Assembly (NCBI GenBank): GCA_014238855.1
Contig: JABAAH010000012.1
Coordinates: 440 to 64,439, forward strand
Direction of reading: 5' to 3'
Origin: Planctomycetota bacterium
Lineage (GTDB): Bacteria; Planctomycetota; Planctomycetia; Pirellulales; UBA1268
Length of the DNA: 64,000 bases
Below are positions 40,502 through 49,985 of this stretch, piece after piece; the first letter of the stretch is position 1; the number at the start of each line of letters is the position of its first letter. Under the pieces are notes generated by a model that was not told the origin of the DNA, searched no databases, and saw nothing but the letters and a program-made list of their open reading frames with translations. The translations under genes were made by a program, and so were the position numbers.

Positions 40502-40601
40502 TTTAAAAAAGTACAGGCGAGAGGAATGGGAAAATCGGTTCATACCGATCCTTCAGTCCAAAAGGAAGAGAAGACGAAGATTCGTAAGTAGCCTAGAATA
40601 T

Positions 40602-40621
40602 TGTGTTTGAATATAAACACA
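40602..40621. promoter_or_regulatory. Palindrome TGTGTTT-N6-AAACACA immediately upstream of the second photolyase gene
   Basis: Perfect 7-bp arms ending 10 nt before the GTG start. Confidence 0.4.
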
Positions 40622-40631
40622 TGGATTTTTT

Positions 40632-42287
40632 GTGTCCCAAATTTCTCCACCGCTCTGTGTTTGGCTAAAGCGAGATCTCCGTGTAGTGGATCATGCAGCT
40701 TTGGCTGCCGCCATGGAGCAGGCTCAGGGTGGGGCTGTTTTTTGTGTTTTTATTTATGAGCCAGAGATTCTTTGCCAGCCTGAGATGCATTCGAGGCACC
40801 TTACATTTCAGAAAGAATGCCTCATCGATCTTGAAAAGTCATTACAAAACCTCAAAGTTCGGCTGATCACGAGGCAAGGAGACGCAGTTGTTATTCTTGA
40901 ACAACTGCGAGCAGAAACAGGATTTCGAAAGCTTTTTGCACACGAAGAGACCGGGACAGCAGTCAGTTACGATCGGGATCGGCGAGTTCGTTGTTGGGCA
41001 CGGACCGTTAGTGTTCAGTTTACAGAGTTTTCCCAAAACGGGGTCGTGCGACGTTTGAATTCTCGAGACGGCTGGAATAGTCATTGGGAATCGCGAATGG
41101 ATCAGCCTCAAGCAGTTGTTCATCCATTACCCAGAAGTCATATGAATAAGGTGGTGTCACAGTTACCATCTTTGGGTTTTCTTCAGCCAGCCGATCTTGG
41201 CCATGAAACAAGCCAGTCTGATTGCCAGACTGGTGGTGAATACAACGCTGAAGAGATCCTTAAAAATTTTGTTGAGCGTCGCGGTCAGTTCTATGCGGGT
41301 GGTATCTCTTCACCTGTTACAGCCCCTTCCTCCTGTTCACGACTATCAGCACATCTTGCCTTTGGGACAATTTCAATTCGACGAGTCTGGCAGGCAACAG
41401 AGCAGAGGCGATCTGAAGTCAGAGGTCTTGCAATGACAGAAAAAAATCAGTCTGTTCGAAAACAATTTCGAAGATGGCAAAAAAGTATTCAATCAATGCA
41501 ATCACGATTACACTGGCATTGTCATTTCATACAAAAACTTGAAGATGAGCCGGCCATAGAGCATAGAAACATGTGGTCGGCAGCGAATGGGCTTCGTGAG
41601 AATGAGTTTTCAGACAGATATTTTCAGGCTTGGAAAAGTGGCTGTACGGGGTATCCGCTTGTCGACGCCTGTATGCGAAGTCTGAACAAGACTGGCTGGT
41701 TACCTTTTCGAATGCGAGCGTTGGTTGTATCATTCGCGAGCTATTCTCTTTGGCTTCATTGGCGAGACACAGGTATTCACCTTGCAAAAAGTTTTCTCGA
41801 TTTTGAACCAGGTATTCATTGGTCTCAGATGCAGATGCAGAGCGGTACGACAGGAATAAATACACTACGTATTTACAATCCAACCAAGCAGGCAAAAGAG
41901 CAAGATCCACAGGGAAAATTTATACGTCAATGGATTCCTGAATTGGTGTCTGTACCCAATGTGTTTATCCACACACCATGGATGATGCCCGTTCATATCC
42001 AGCAATCATCTGGCTGTATAATTGGTTTGCTTTATCCGAAACCGATTGTGGATCATACACTCGCTTTGAGACAGGCAAAATCTCGTTTCACCGAGTTACG
42101 TCAGGATAAAAAAGCACGTGATGCAGCGAGTGCCGTAGCGGTGCGTCATGGTAGTCGTCGTGATCGGCGTGGTGCAATGAGACAAGATCGAGAGCGGAAA
42201 CACTTACGGAAAAAACATGTTGTGGATCAACGAAGTGATTCTGATACCGCAGAGAAACAGGCTTTGCTACCATTCGCTTATGACTAG
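40632..42287 (+). CDS. Cryptochrome/photolyase family protein (distinct subfamily from the CPD photolyase at 5733)
   Basis: W.KRDLRV.DH..L, H.ETG...SY.RD..V..W, CSRLSAHLAFGTIS.R, SRLHWHCHFIQKLEDEP, G.TGYPLVDACMR, GWL.FRMRA, FLDFEPGIHW.Q.QMQSGTTGINT.RIYNP.KQ. Confidence 0.88.
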   Translation: MSQISPPLCVWLKRDLRVVDHAALAAAMEQAQGGAVFCVFIYEPEILCQPEMHSRHLTFQKECLIDLEKSLQNLKVRLITRQGDAVVILEQLRAETGFRKLFAHEETGTAVSYDRDRRVRCWARTVSVQFTEFSQNGVVRRLNSRDGWNSHWESRMDQPQAVVHPLPRSHMNKVVSQLPSLGFLQPADLGHETSQSDCQTGGEYNAEEILKNFVERRGQFYAGGISSPVTAPSSCSRLSAHLAFGTISIRRVWQATEQRRSEVRGLAMTEKNQSVRKQFRRWQKSIQSMQSRLHWHCHFIQKLEDEPAIEHRNMWSAANGLRENEFSDRYFQAWKSGCTGYPLVDACMRSLNKTGWLPFRMRALVVSFASYSLWLHWRDTGIHLAKSFLDFEPGIHWSQMQMQSGTTGINTLRIYNPTKQAKEQDPQGKFIRQWIPELVSVPNVFIHTPWMMPVHIQQSSGCIIGLLYPKPIVDHTLALRQAKSRFTELRQDKKARDAASAVAVRHGSRRDRRGAMRQDRERKHLRKKHVVDQRSDSDTAEKQALLPFAYD

Positions 42288-42305
42288 AGAGGCAGTTTCA
42301 ACAAA

Positions 42306-42443
42306 ATGAACCGTGCACATTTGAAGAAAACTTGTGCGACGTGCGGGCGTCCATTTTCTTGGCGAAAAAAATGGGAAAAGTGCTGGGAGAATGTTCGATA
42401 TTGCTCTGTACGATGCCGCAATCAGAAAAATTCGAAGGCATGA
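42306..42443 (+). CDS. DUF2256 family small Cys4 protein (45 aa, not in ORF track)
   Basis: [45 protein letters not shown] matches the K.C..C.RPF.WRKKW...W..V.YCS.RC pattern; starts 18 nt after the photolyase stop. Confidence 0.9.
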   Translation: MNRAHLKKTCATCGRPFSWRKKWEKCWENVRYCSVRCRNQKNSKA

Positions 42444-42508
42444 TGAAAGCCATCCTGAGACAAGATTTATCTGTTAGGGATTAGTAGAAATAGCATTTCA
42501 CTGATCAA

Positions 42509-43609
42509 CTAGTTTTCAAACTCGATGACTTCGAGGTCATCGCGCGATTCAATCAATGTATCAATAGTATCGAATCCGATATCTGTGTTTGCGACATTAA
42601 TTTTTTCGAGTGATGGTATTTTCCCAAGAGCAAGAAAACTAGTGTCGGTCAATTGGGTTCCGGCGACATTCAGTTCGGCAAGTTGATCTAATTTCAATAG
42701 TATTGGCAATGAATCGTCGGTTACATATGTTGCTTTGAGATTCAAAACCTTCAGTTTTGTTAATCCACTGAACATTGCAAGTACGTCATCATTTGTTTTC
42801 GTTTCCCACAGATCGAGGTAGGTAAGCGTAGATGCCTTTCCTAGTTGGCCTAAGCCATCAGGTGTAGCAAGACGACATTCACTGATATCGAGCCAATCGA
42901 TGGCAGGTAACGCAGCAATGACTGCGAGGCCGGCGTCATCAAGTGATGTGTCACGAAGATTAAGACGACTAAGGTTTTTTAGTTGGGCAATATGAGCAAG
43001 TCCGGCACCAGTAACATCAACGCCACGAATACGGAGGCGAGTCAATCTGCTTGTTGTGGCAAGCACAGCCATACCAGCGTCATCAATTTTTGTGTAATCA
43101 AGCTGGATTTGCTCCATTGATGGCATTGCAGCGAGAACGGCCAGGGAACGATTGCTGATGCTTGTGCAGTAATTGGCATTAAAACTTTTCAGATTAAGCC
43201 CAGCAAGTCGTTGTATGCCAATGTCAGTAATCTTACTTTTCTCAAGTTGTACATCAACGAGACTTCTCATCTTGGCAAGATGAACGAGTCCATCATCAGT
43301 GATATTCGTATTCCTCAGGTCAATCATTCGCAATTTGAGTGTAATGAATTGACCTAATTGCTCATCGCTAATAGAGGTTCGTCGTAATCGAAGGACTGAG
43401 AGTTCAGGAAGTTTCGTGAGTGCCGTAATGAGTGGTTCACTGAGGGTGCGGTCACTTAAGTCAATATCAACAATTTCTCCATCCTCATTTGTTTTGATGA
43501 CACCACTTGCTTGAAGAATAATTTCTGGTGGATCAGCCACAATTACACTGGAGGAGCATGCTATGAAGATCGTAAGCAGAGAGCGGAGGTACAGTGATTG
43601 GTCTTTCAT
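42509..43609 (-). CDS. Secreted leucine-rich repeat protein
   Basis: Signal peptide plus about 12 repeats of L..L..L.L..T.I.D.GL..L (24 aa). Confidence 0.88.
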   Translation of the reverse strand: MKDQSLYLRSLLTIFIACSSSVIVADPPEIILQASGVIKTNEDGEIVDIDLSDRTLSEPLITALTKLPELSVLRLRRTSISDEQLGQFITLKLRMIDLRNTNITDDGLVHLAKMRSLVDVQLEKSKITDIGIQRLAGLNLKSFNANYCTSISNRSLAVLAAMPSMEQIQLDYTKIDDAGMAVLATTSRLTRLRIRGVDVTGAGLAHIAQLKNLSRLNLRDTSLDDAGLAVIAALPAIDWLDISECRLATPDGLGQLGKASTLTYLDLWETKTNDDVLAMFSGLTKLKVLNLKATYVTDDSLPILLKLDQLAELNVAGTQLTDTSFLALGKIPSLEKINVANTDIGFDTIDTLIESRDDLEVIEFEN

Positions 43610-43902
43610 GGAAATTTTTGATTCGATACTTGTGGGTAATATATTTTTAAGCTGTTACGGACCAATTTATAAGGAAAACAATTCATACAACATATTTGTA
43701 ATGAATAAGACCTTGATAGTGGAATCAACAGAGGCTCATATTTGATATAAAAAAGCCCAAAGTATTATACTAAAAGAGTATCACATTGGAAAAATACAGA
43801 TTTCTTTACTGAGCCAGTTTTCCCTAAAAGTCCAGAATCTAAAAAGTAGTTGAAGAAACTACATTAAGAAAAAATTTTGTAACGCCTAAGGAAATAGCAC
43901 AC

Positions 43903-45312
43903 ATGAGTTCAAATACATCCCGCCGACAGTTTCTTGGTCATACAGTTGCGGTAGGTGCCGGCTTTGGAGTTTGGTCCAGTAGAAGTCCATCTTTGCGAGC
44001 TGACGAATCTGCACTGCAAGGTCTTTCAGCAGCGTGTATCGGTGTTGGTGGTAAGGGAAGTAGTGATACCAGCCACATAGCTGAACAGGGTGTGAATATT
44101 CTTGGCTTATGTGACGTCGACGGAGGAACCCTCGATAAAAAGTCTCGAGAGTTTCCAAACGCCGGCAAGTTCAATGATTTTCGAGAAATGCTTGAGCAAC
44201 TCGGAGATAAGATCGATATTGTGACGGTCAGCACCCCGGATCACACTCATGCGGTTGCAGCATTAAAAGCAATGCAAATGAAAAAACATGTGTATTGTCA
44301 AAAACCACTGACATGGTCTATCCATGAGGCTCGATTAATGCGTGAGACAGCCGAACAGACGGGCGTAGTGACCCAGATGGGAAATCAGGGTACAAGTGAA
44401 AATGGACTGCGTGAGGCAGTTGAAGTCATACGAAGTGGTGCTATTGGAGACGTTGGAGAAGTACATATTTGGACTAATAGACCCGTTTGGCCACAAGGAA
44501 AAGGAAGACCTTCAGGCGAAGATCCAGTTCCGGAAAACCTCAACTGGGATGGTTGGATAGGACCAGCACCGATGCGTCCATTTAAAAAAGGAGCGTACCA
44601 CTCTTTCAATTGGCGAGGGTGGGTTGATTTTGGGACTGGTGCCCTTGGTGATATGGCTTGTCACACGACGAATATGCCTATTATGGCATTGAAGCTTTTT
44701 GATGCCGATGCAGTAACTGCGGTGGAAAACCCAGGTATTTTTGAAGGCGAGACATTTCCCGGAAGTTCGCACCTTCTTTTTGAGTTTGGCCAGCGAGACG
44801 GTCTGCCACCTTGTAAATTTCACTGGTACGACGGGGGTGCTTTACCACCAGGAGCGATCATTAAACAATTACCGGAATCATTCCAAAAGAAAGTGGATCA
44901 GCAGAAAGATGGTGGTCGGAAAACGAGTGGCGCGATTGTTGTTGGAAGCAAGGGTGTCCTCTTCTCTCCTGATTCCTACGGAGCACGATACTTCTTGTTG
45001 CCGGAAGAAGATTTCACAAACTTCAAACCACCAGCTGAGTCACTACCACGGATACCATTCAAAGGAAGTGGTGATCAGCGACAGAAGTGGGAATTTGTGA
45101 GTTCAATCAAAGGTGACTATGAGCCTGGAACTATGTCTAATTTTGGTTACGCGGGTCGTCTCACGGAAACTATTCTCATTGGCAATCTGGCACTACGATC
45201 AGACGAGGGGACACGAATTGAGTGGGACGCGAAGAACTTAAAAAGTCCAAATGTTCCTGCGTTAAACCAGTTTGTCAGTCGAACGTATCGCCAAGGGTGG
45301 GAATTGCCTTAA
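43903..45312 (+). CDS. Tat-exported Gfo/Idh/MocA family oxidoreductase
   Basis: SRRQFL, IGVGGKG, STPDHTH, HVYCQKPL, TQMGNQG, W.GPAP, WRGW.DFGTGALGDM.CH. Confidence 0.92.
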   Translation: MSSNTSRRQFLGHTVAVGAGFGVWSSRSPSLRADESALQGLSAACIGVGGKGSSDTSHIAEQGVNILGLCDVDGGTLDKKSREFPNAGKFNDFREMLEQLGDKIDIVTVSTPDHTHAVAALKAMQMKKHVYCQKPLTWSIHEARLMRETAEQTGVVTQMGNQGTSENGLREAVEVIRSGAIGDVGEVHIWTNRPVWPQGKGRPSGEDPVPENLNWDGWIGPAPMRPFKKGAYHSFNWRGWVDFGTGALGDMACHTTNMPIMALKLFDADAVTAVENPGIFEGETFPGSSHLLFEFGQRDGLPPCKFHWYDGGALPPGAIIKQLPESFQKKVDQQKDGGRKTSGAIVVGSKGVLFSPDSYGARYFLLPEEDFTNFKPPAESLPRIPFKGSGDQRQKWEFVSSIKGDYEPGTMSNFGYAGRLTETILIGNLALRSDEGTRIEWDAKNLKSPNVPALNQFVSRTYRQGWELP

Positions 45313-45435
45313 AACGGCTGCATCTAGCAGGCTATTCGGTTTTCGGGAAAACTCGTTGAAAACTCGCTTTTGATTTTATCGTTGGTATTATTGACGCTAG
45401 TTTCAATTCACTCGATATCGCGAAGGAGTTTCAAC

Positions 45436-45780
45436 GTGAAACCTTGGAAAACATGTTCGATAGCAGCAGCGCTGCTTTTCTTAGTTTTGGGTGCGAGTCA
45501 TGCTGATGCAGGGCTTTTTGGTTGCTGTGGAAAAGATCGTTGTCCACCACCACCTAAAGTAGAAGTTTGCTTAATCATTTGTAGCCCTTGTGATGGTTGC
45601 CCAGTACCCGTCACTCTGTGTATTCCGGAGTGCTGTGTTTGTGAGGAACCAAATATATCAACCCGATGCGCATTGATTGGTAATGGTGTCACACATGTCG
45701 ATTATTGTTGTTGTGGATTTAGTGCAACAATACGCTGGGACAGGTGCGGAGAGCCACATGTTGTTCGAACAAGAGATTGA
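45436..45780 (+). CDS. Small secreted cysteine-rich protein
   Basis: AAGGAG RBS before GTG 45436, signal peptide ending ADA, 16 Cys in the 89-aa predicted mature chain. Confidence 0.75.
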   Translation: MKPWKTCSIAAALLFLVLGASHADAGLFGCCGKDRCPPPPKVEVCLIICSPCDGCPVPVTLCIPECCVCEEPNISTRCALIGNGVTHVDYCCCGFSATIRWDRCGEPHVVRTRD

Positions 45781-45813
45781 TCGAGCAGATAATACGGACT
45801 TCGTAATATAAAG

Positions 45814-45862
45814 AGAAAACAGTTTCTTCAGATCAAGGGCGCTGAGGAAGCTGTTTTCTTTT
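45814..45862. terminator. Bidirectional intrinsic terminator
   Basis: AGAAAACAGTTTCTTCAG / CTGAGGAAGCTGTTTTCT stem between convergent genes, T run on the right and purine/A-rich tract on the left. Confidence 0.75.
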
Positions 45863-46083
45863 TAAAGATCAGTATCCATTCGATATTGTATTCCGTCGGC
45901 CAAAAGACCTGCTTGAATATCAAAGTCTTGGAGTGATTCAAAGTCTTGATTATCTCGAGCACGATGGGCAAGCCAGAGAATCTCTGCGGCATCCTCTCGA
46001 GCGATTTTTAGCCAGCCTGGTCGTGAGCTAAGAGGTTTGTGGATAAGCCTCTCAAGACGATCGAAGTTTGTGATATCCATCAT
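45862..46083 (-). CDS. Hypothetical small helical protein (73 aa)
   Basis: Sole ORF in the gap, ends at the bidirectional terminator, protein-like composition. Confidence 0.55.
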   Translation of the reverse strand: MMDITNFDRLERLIHKPLSSRPGWLKIAREDAAEILWLAHRARDNQDFESLQDFDIQAGLLADGIQYRMDTDL

Positions 46084-46198
46084 ACTCAGGATTCAAATTT
46101 AAAATCTGTAAATACGGTGCCTGATTGAAATTAATGAGGCAATCATGTGAGGAAATCGTAGAATCAAAACAGTCTATTGTACCGGCAGCTATTTTTGA

Positions 46199-46417
46199 TT
46201 GGTTTTTAATATGCGTATACTTCTTCTTTTATTAATCTATTTTATTCTTTGTCCGCTTGCGGGACATTATCTTGGTCTATTAATGATCCAGATGGCACTT
46301 TCTGGAGGTGCAGCTAGTCTTCTGACTATGTATGCCGTCCGAATAGTTGCAATGATTCTTTCATATGTGATTCTAGGCCCATTACTAAAAAGTTTTTTTG
46401 TTCCACGTCGTAACTAG
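46199..46417 (+). CDS. Hypothetical small membrane protein
   Basis: Two hydrophobic segments and a basic C-terminus; likely start ATG 46211. Confidence 0.5.
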   Translation: MVFNMRILLLLLIYFILCPLAGHYLGLLMIQMALSGGAASLLTMYAVRIVAMILSYVILGPLLKSFFVPRRN

Positions 46418-46454
46418 GGCCACGAAAGCACAATGGCATTAGAGGGATACGTTC

Positions 46455-47150
46455 ATGTATAGAAAAATGAAATCACTGGCAAAAGTTTGGCAGATTATGC
46501 CCGGCCTATTCGCAATCGCTGCTTTGCTTGGAGGAATAGACGTGCAAGCCGTAGCCTCTGAGAGCACATATGCTGTTGCAGAAGTTCAATTAGTAGAGAA
46601 ACCTGTGGAGCACGCAGTTCTCTTAGGGAATGCTCAGAATGGTCGACTCAGGAAAAAAATGCTTACCGGACCTACAGAGCTCGTTGTATCAGTCGTCAAC
46701 GATACTTGTCTTGTTGGATATTCCATAGCAAGTACTGAAGATGTTGATGAAAAGCAGTACGTAAAAGTATGGATTGCCGAAGAATCAAATCCTATCAAAT
46801 TGCTTGTTGGAGTGGCGCGGGTCGTTCTTCTACCAGGAAAAATCCTGAAAGATGGTCCTCCCCAAGGAGAGGACATAATAGAAGTTTATGAAGTTCGAGA
46901 TGTAATTGAAGATGCATCGATACATGGTAAGAAAATTGACAAGATATGTTTGCCCGTAGAGTATCGTCATCATTTTGAAAGATCAGAACCAATGCCGAAT
47001 GCAAAGGCATACGTATATCTTGAAGAAGAAATAAGTGAACGAATTTCATCAGAAATGAGTATTGTTGATGATTTTGGTGTGCATCGGCTCACATGCCAGC
47101 CAACTAAGAAATTCATGCAAACTCTTTCAAAGTATGAATTACATGATTGA
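46455..47150 (+). CDS. Secreted hypothetical protein
   Basis: 231-aa ORF with signal-like N-terminus, followed by a terminator; no confident family. Confidence 0.6.
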   Translation: MYRKMKSLAKVWQIMPGLFAIAALLGGIDVQAVASESTYAVAEVQLVEKPVEHAVLLGNAQNGRLRKKMLTGPTELVVSVVNDTCLVGYSIASTEDVDEKQYVKVWIAEESNPIKLLVGVARVVLLPGKILKDGPPQGEDIIEVYEVRDVIEDASIHGKKIDKICLPVEYRHHFERSEPMPNAKAYVYLEEEISERISSEMSIVDDFGVHRLTCQPTKKFMQTLSKYELHD

Positions 47151-47162
47151 CAATTGATAAAT

Positions 47163-47200
47163 AAAAAAGGTCACCAGTATGACCTGGTGACCTTTTAGTT
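47163..47200. terminator. Bidirectional intrinsic terminator
   Basis: AAAAGGTCACCAG-tatgac-CTGGTGACCTTTT perfect inverted repeat between convergent genes. Confidence 0.85.
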
Positions 47201-47221
47201 TTTTAAAGATTTTCTAAAGAA

Positions 47222-47722
47222 TTAGTTCTTTGGAAGAATCACTGCGTCGATGACATGAATTACACCGTTACTTGAAACTATGTCAGTCTTAATCACCTTT
47301 GCATTATCAACGCTGACAGAACCACCACTTACGGCAATGGTGACTTCTGATCCCTCTACAGTTTTTGCTTTTGTAAGTTTGACAACATCCTTTGCCATGA
47401 CTTTTCCTGGCACAACATGATATGTCAAAACTTTCACGAGCTGATCTTTATTTTCTGGCTTTAAAAGATTTTCAACAGTACCTGCTGGCAATTTTTTAAA
47501 TGCCTCATTTGTTGGCGCGAATACTGTAAACGGTCCACTTCCAGAGAGGGTTTCGACGAGGCCTGCTGCCTTGACGGCTGCCACGAGGGTGCTGAAATCC
47601 GCATTGTTCACGGCATTTTCAACAACGGTTTTATCACAGGTTCCACAGCCGGCTGTTGCAGTGCGACTTAAGAGCAAGGCACAAACAACGGTACAAATAA
47701 TTCCGAGTGATCGGTAGGACAT
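47222..47722 (-). CDS. Secreted fasciclin (FAS1) domain protein
   Basis: [53 protein letters not shown]; ATG at 47722 precedes the signal peptide. Confidence 0.93.
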   Translation of the reverse strand: MSYRSLGIICTVVCALLLSRTATAGCGTCDKTVVENAVNNADFSTLVAAVKAAGLVETLSGSGPFTVFAPTNEAFKKLPAGTVENLLKPENKDQLVKVLTYHVVPGKVMAKDVVKLTKAKTVEGSEVTIAVSGGSVSVDNAKVIKTDIVSSNGVIHVIDAVILPKN

Positions 47723-47981
47723 AGAGTTTCCTTTCAAAAGAAATGACTGCCTTTTATACAGCCCTAAGAATACCAACAATCATCAACTGTAGTCGAGTCA
47801 TGCGTGTTGGGGAGCCGTAAATCCAACTTCTGCCCCTTTATGGCGTCTAGGAGCGTCTGTCGTTAGATGTCCGGCGAGCTTTTGTAAAAAAGTTTACGAC
47901 TGCCTAAGAATTTTTAGTTCTGTAACTTGGTAGGAGTTGTGAATCCTAAAACACCCTGCAGAGGGTTTTCATGATATCGAT

Positions 47982-48848
47982 TTAAAAAGACTTAAGACGG
48001 GTTTTCAATGCCGCTGGATTGTTTGTAGTAACACCAAAAGCGCCCTCTCTAATGTAAAAAATTGCATCTTCTGGATTATCGACCGTCCACACATGGAAAT
48101 CAGGCACACCCTCAATCCTAAGCTCTTTTAGAAATGTTGGTGTAACAACGTCACGGCGAGCTTGCAGGCCGACTCCATTCGCTCCAACATGATCAAGCAC
48201 CGAGGCAATCTGTTTAGGGGAGGGCATCCAGGAGTTGGCTTGATTTTTATGCCGTCGGAAAGATGTAAGCCAATGAATCTGAATGTCGGGGAGAAAAAAC
48301 CTGCATTTTTTTGCAGTCTCTTGATTAAATGTGATGAGTGTAATTTGTTTCTTCGAAAGCGATGACCTTTGAAGACACTCAGCGAGTGGTTCTACAATTT
48401 CTGGGCCCGTCTTGAGTTCGATAAAAAAGTGACCATGTGGTGGTACGGTCAAAAGTACCTGATTCAAGGTTGGACAGGTTTCTCCTGTAAAACAAACATC
48501 TTTCCAGGCACCAAAATCCAGTGACTGAAGTAAAGCTAGGGGCATTTTTGCCACTTCCCCGTCAGTACCGGTAAGTCTTTCAGTGTTTGCATCATGAATG
48601 CAGACAATTTGTTTATCACGAGTGAGCCTAAAGTCTCCTTCAATAGCATCGCAACCAATGTCCCATGCTTTACGAAATGCTGTTAAAGTATTTTCTGGAG
48701 CAACAAAAGAGGCTCCTCTATGTGCGGTGATAAGGCTGTGTGGTTGTTTCACTTGTGCTTTTATAAAATGAGGGAAACCTAATGATAAGGCAAAGCAAAA
48801 ACCAATCAGGGTTCGTACCAGAATCTTTAGAAGCATTATCAAGTACAC
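47982..48848 (-). CDS. Glycerophosphodiester phosphodiesterase
   Basis: AHRGAS..APENT..AF, IEGD.RLTRD..IV..HD, IELK, WTVDN, GVTTN.P. Confidence 0.9.
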   Translation of the reverse strand: MYLIMLLKILVRTLIGFCFALSLGFPHFIKAQVKQPHSLITAHRGASFVAPENTLTAFRKAWDIGCDAIEGDFRLTRDKQIVCIHDANTERLTGTDGEVAKMPLALLQSLDFGAWKDVCFTGETCPTLNQVLLTVPPHGHFFIELKTGPEIVEPLAECLQRSSLSKKQITLITFNQETAKKCRFFLPDIQIHWLTSFRRHKNQANSWMPSPKQIASVLDHVGANGVGLQARRDVVTPTFLKELRIEGVPDFHVWTVDNPEDAIFYIREGAFGVTTNNPAALKTRLKSF

Positions 48849-48908
48849 CTGATGGAGTAGTCTTCGTGTAACAACCTTGACTCAATGTATCGTAGTAAGG
48901 AGTACAAG

Positions 48909-49916
48909 ATGCCATCACAAAAAAGTGGTCAAGGCCCAATCTTTCTTTCGGCAACGGATTATGCACTTCCCAAAGTGATTCCCGAGGGTACTGAAAAATA
49001 TACTAATTACAGGGAAATGGCCCGTGGGGGTTCTGCAATTTTACGAGCCTGCTTTGATCAAATGACAGGTCGAACGGTTGTTATGAAGTCATTACATACA
49101 AAGTATTTGGTGGACAAGCAAGAAAATCGTCGACTGCTTCGAGAGGCTCGGATTACAGCTCAACTCCAGCACCCAAACACAGTTCCGGTGTATGAGATTG
49201 GGCGTGATCACCGTCACGGTCTTTATTTTACGATGAAGCGAATATCCGGTGAAAACCTATTTACGATTCTTTCCCGTGTTGCTCAGAAAGATCCTTTAAC
49301 GGTTTTTGAATTCGACCTTCGCCGCCGCGTAGAGATTGTGATGACAGCTGGACTAGCTCTTTTATACGCTCATGCCAGAGGAGTCATTCATCGGGATGTG
49401 AAGCCCGAGAATATATGGGTAGGAAATTTTGGTGAAGTTATTCTACTTGATTGGGGAGTAGCAAAAGTATGGGGACAACCTGATGATGCACCAGAACATC
49501 CACAAGTTATCAGGAAAGATGACGAAGCAATTCAGTCATTGACCATGGCGGGAGATCGACCAGGGACCCCGCTTTATATGTCACCCGAGCAGGTCAACAT
49601 AAACCGGGCCACGATCGATGAACGAAGTGATATTTTTAGTATGGGGGTTGTTTTATATGAAGCAATTGCTCTACGAGAGCCATTTCGAGGTCGCGTCATT
49701 CAAGAAACATTCGAAAATATCATTCACGATGATCCGCCCCCGCCATCCTCACTCGCACCCGAAAAAAATATTCCAAAGGAGCTTGATGATATTGTGATGA
49801 AAGCAATTGAGAAAAAATTAACAAATCGTTTTCAGACAATGCAAGAAATGCTTGATGCGGTACGACTTCTTGATTCAGCGTACAGCCTTCAGGTATTTAA
49901 AAAATTTAATAAGTAA
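48909..49916 (+). CDS. Cytoplasmic Hanks-type Ser/Thr protein kinase
   Basis: REARITAQLQHPN, HRDVKPEN, LDWG, GTPLYMSPEQ, SDIFSMG; no TM segment; AAGGAG RBS before ATG 48909. Confidence 0.9.
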   Translation: MPSQKSGQGPIFLSATDYALPKVIPEGTEKYTNYREMARGGSAILRACFDQMTGRTVVMKSLHTKYLVDKQENRRLLREARITAQLQHPNTVPVYEIGRDHRHGLYFTMKRISGENLFTILSRVAQKDPLTVFEFDLRRRVEIVMTAGLALLYAHARGVIHRDVKPENIWVGNFGEVILLDWGVAKVWGQPDDAPEHPQVIRKDDEAIQSLTMAGDRPGTPLYMSPEQVNINRATIDERSDIFSMGVVLYEAIALREPFRGRVIQETFENIIHDDPPPPSSLAPEKNIPKELDDIVMKAIEKKLTNRFQTMQEMLDAVRLLDSAYSLQVFKKFNK

Positions 49917-49958
49917 AATAAAAGGGTCTCCCAAAAATTATTCTGGGAGACCCTTTTC
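49917..49958. terminator. Bidirectional intrinsic terminator
   Basis: AAAAGGGTCTCCCA...TGGGAGACCCTTTT between the convergent kinase and glnII genes. Confidence 0.85.
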
Positions 49959-49985
49959 ATAGGCAACAGCGTGTCTCAGTAAGAT

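Noticed and set aside
40602-40621. PpsR/CrtJ site (TGT-N12-ACA) before the photolyase
   Set aside because: The pattern matches formally but is too short to be informative, and there is no photosynthesis-gene context. Retained only as a generic palindrome.
40407-40631. Glycine riboswitch upstream of the alanine/glycine symporter
   Set aside because: No GGAGA...CCGAAG...CUCUCAGG-type aptamer on the minus strand.
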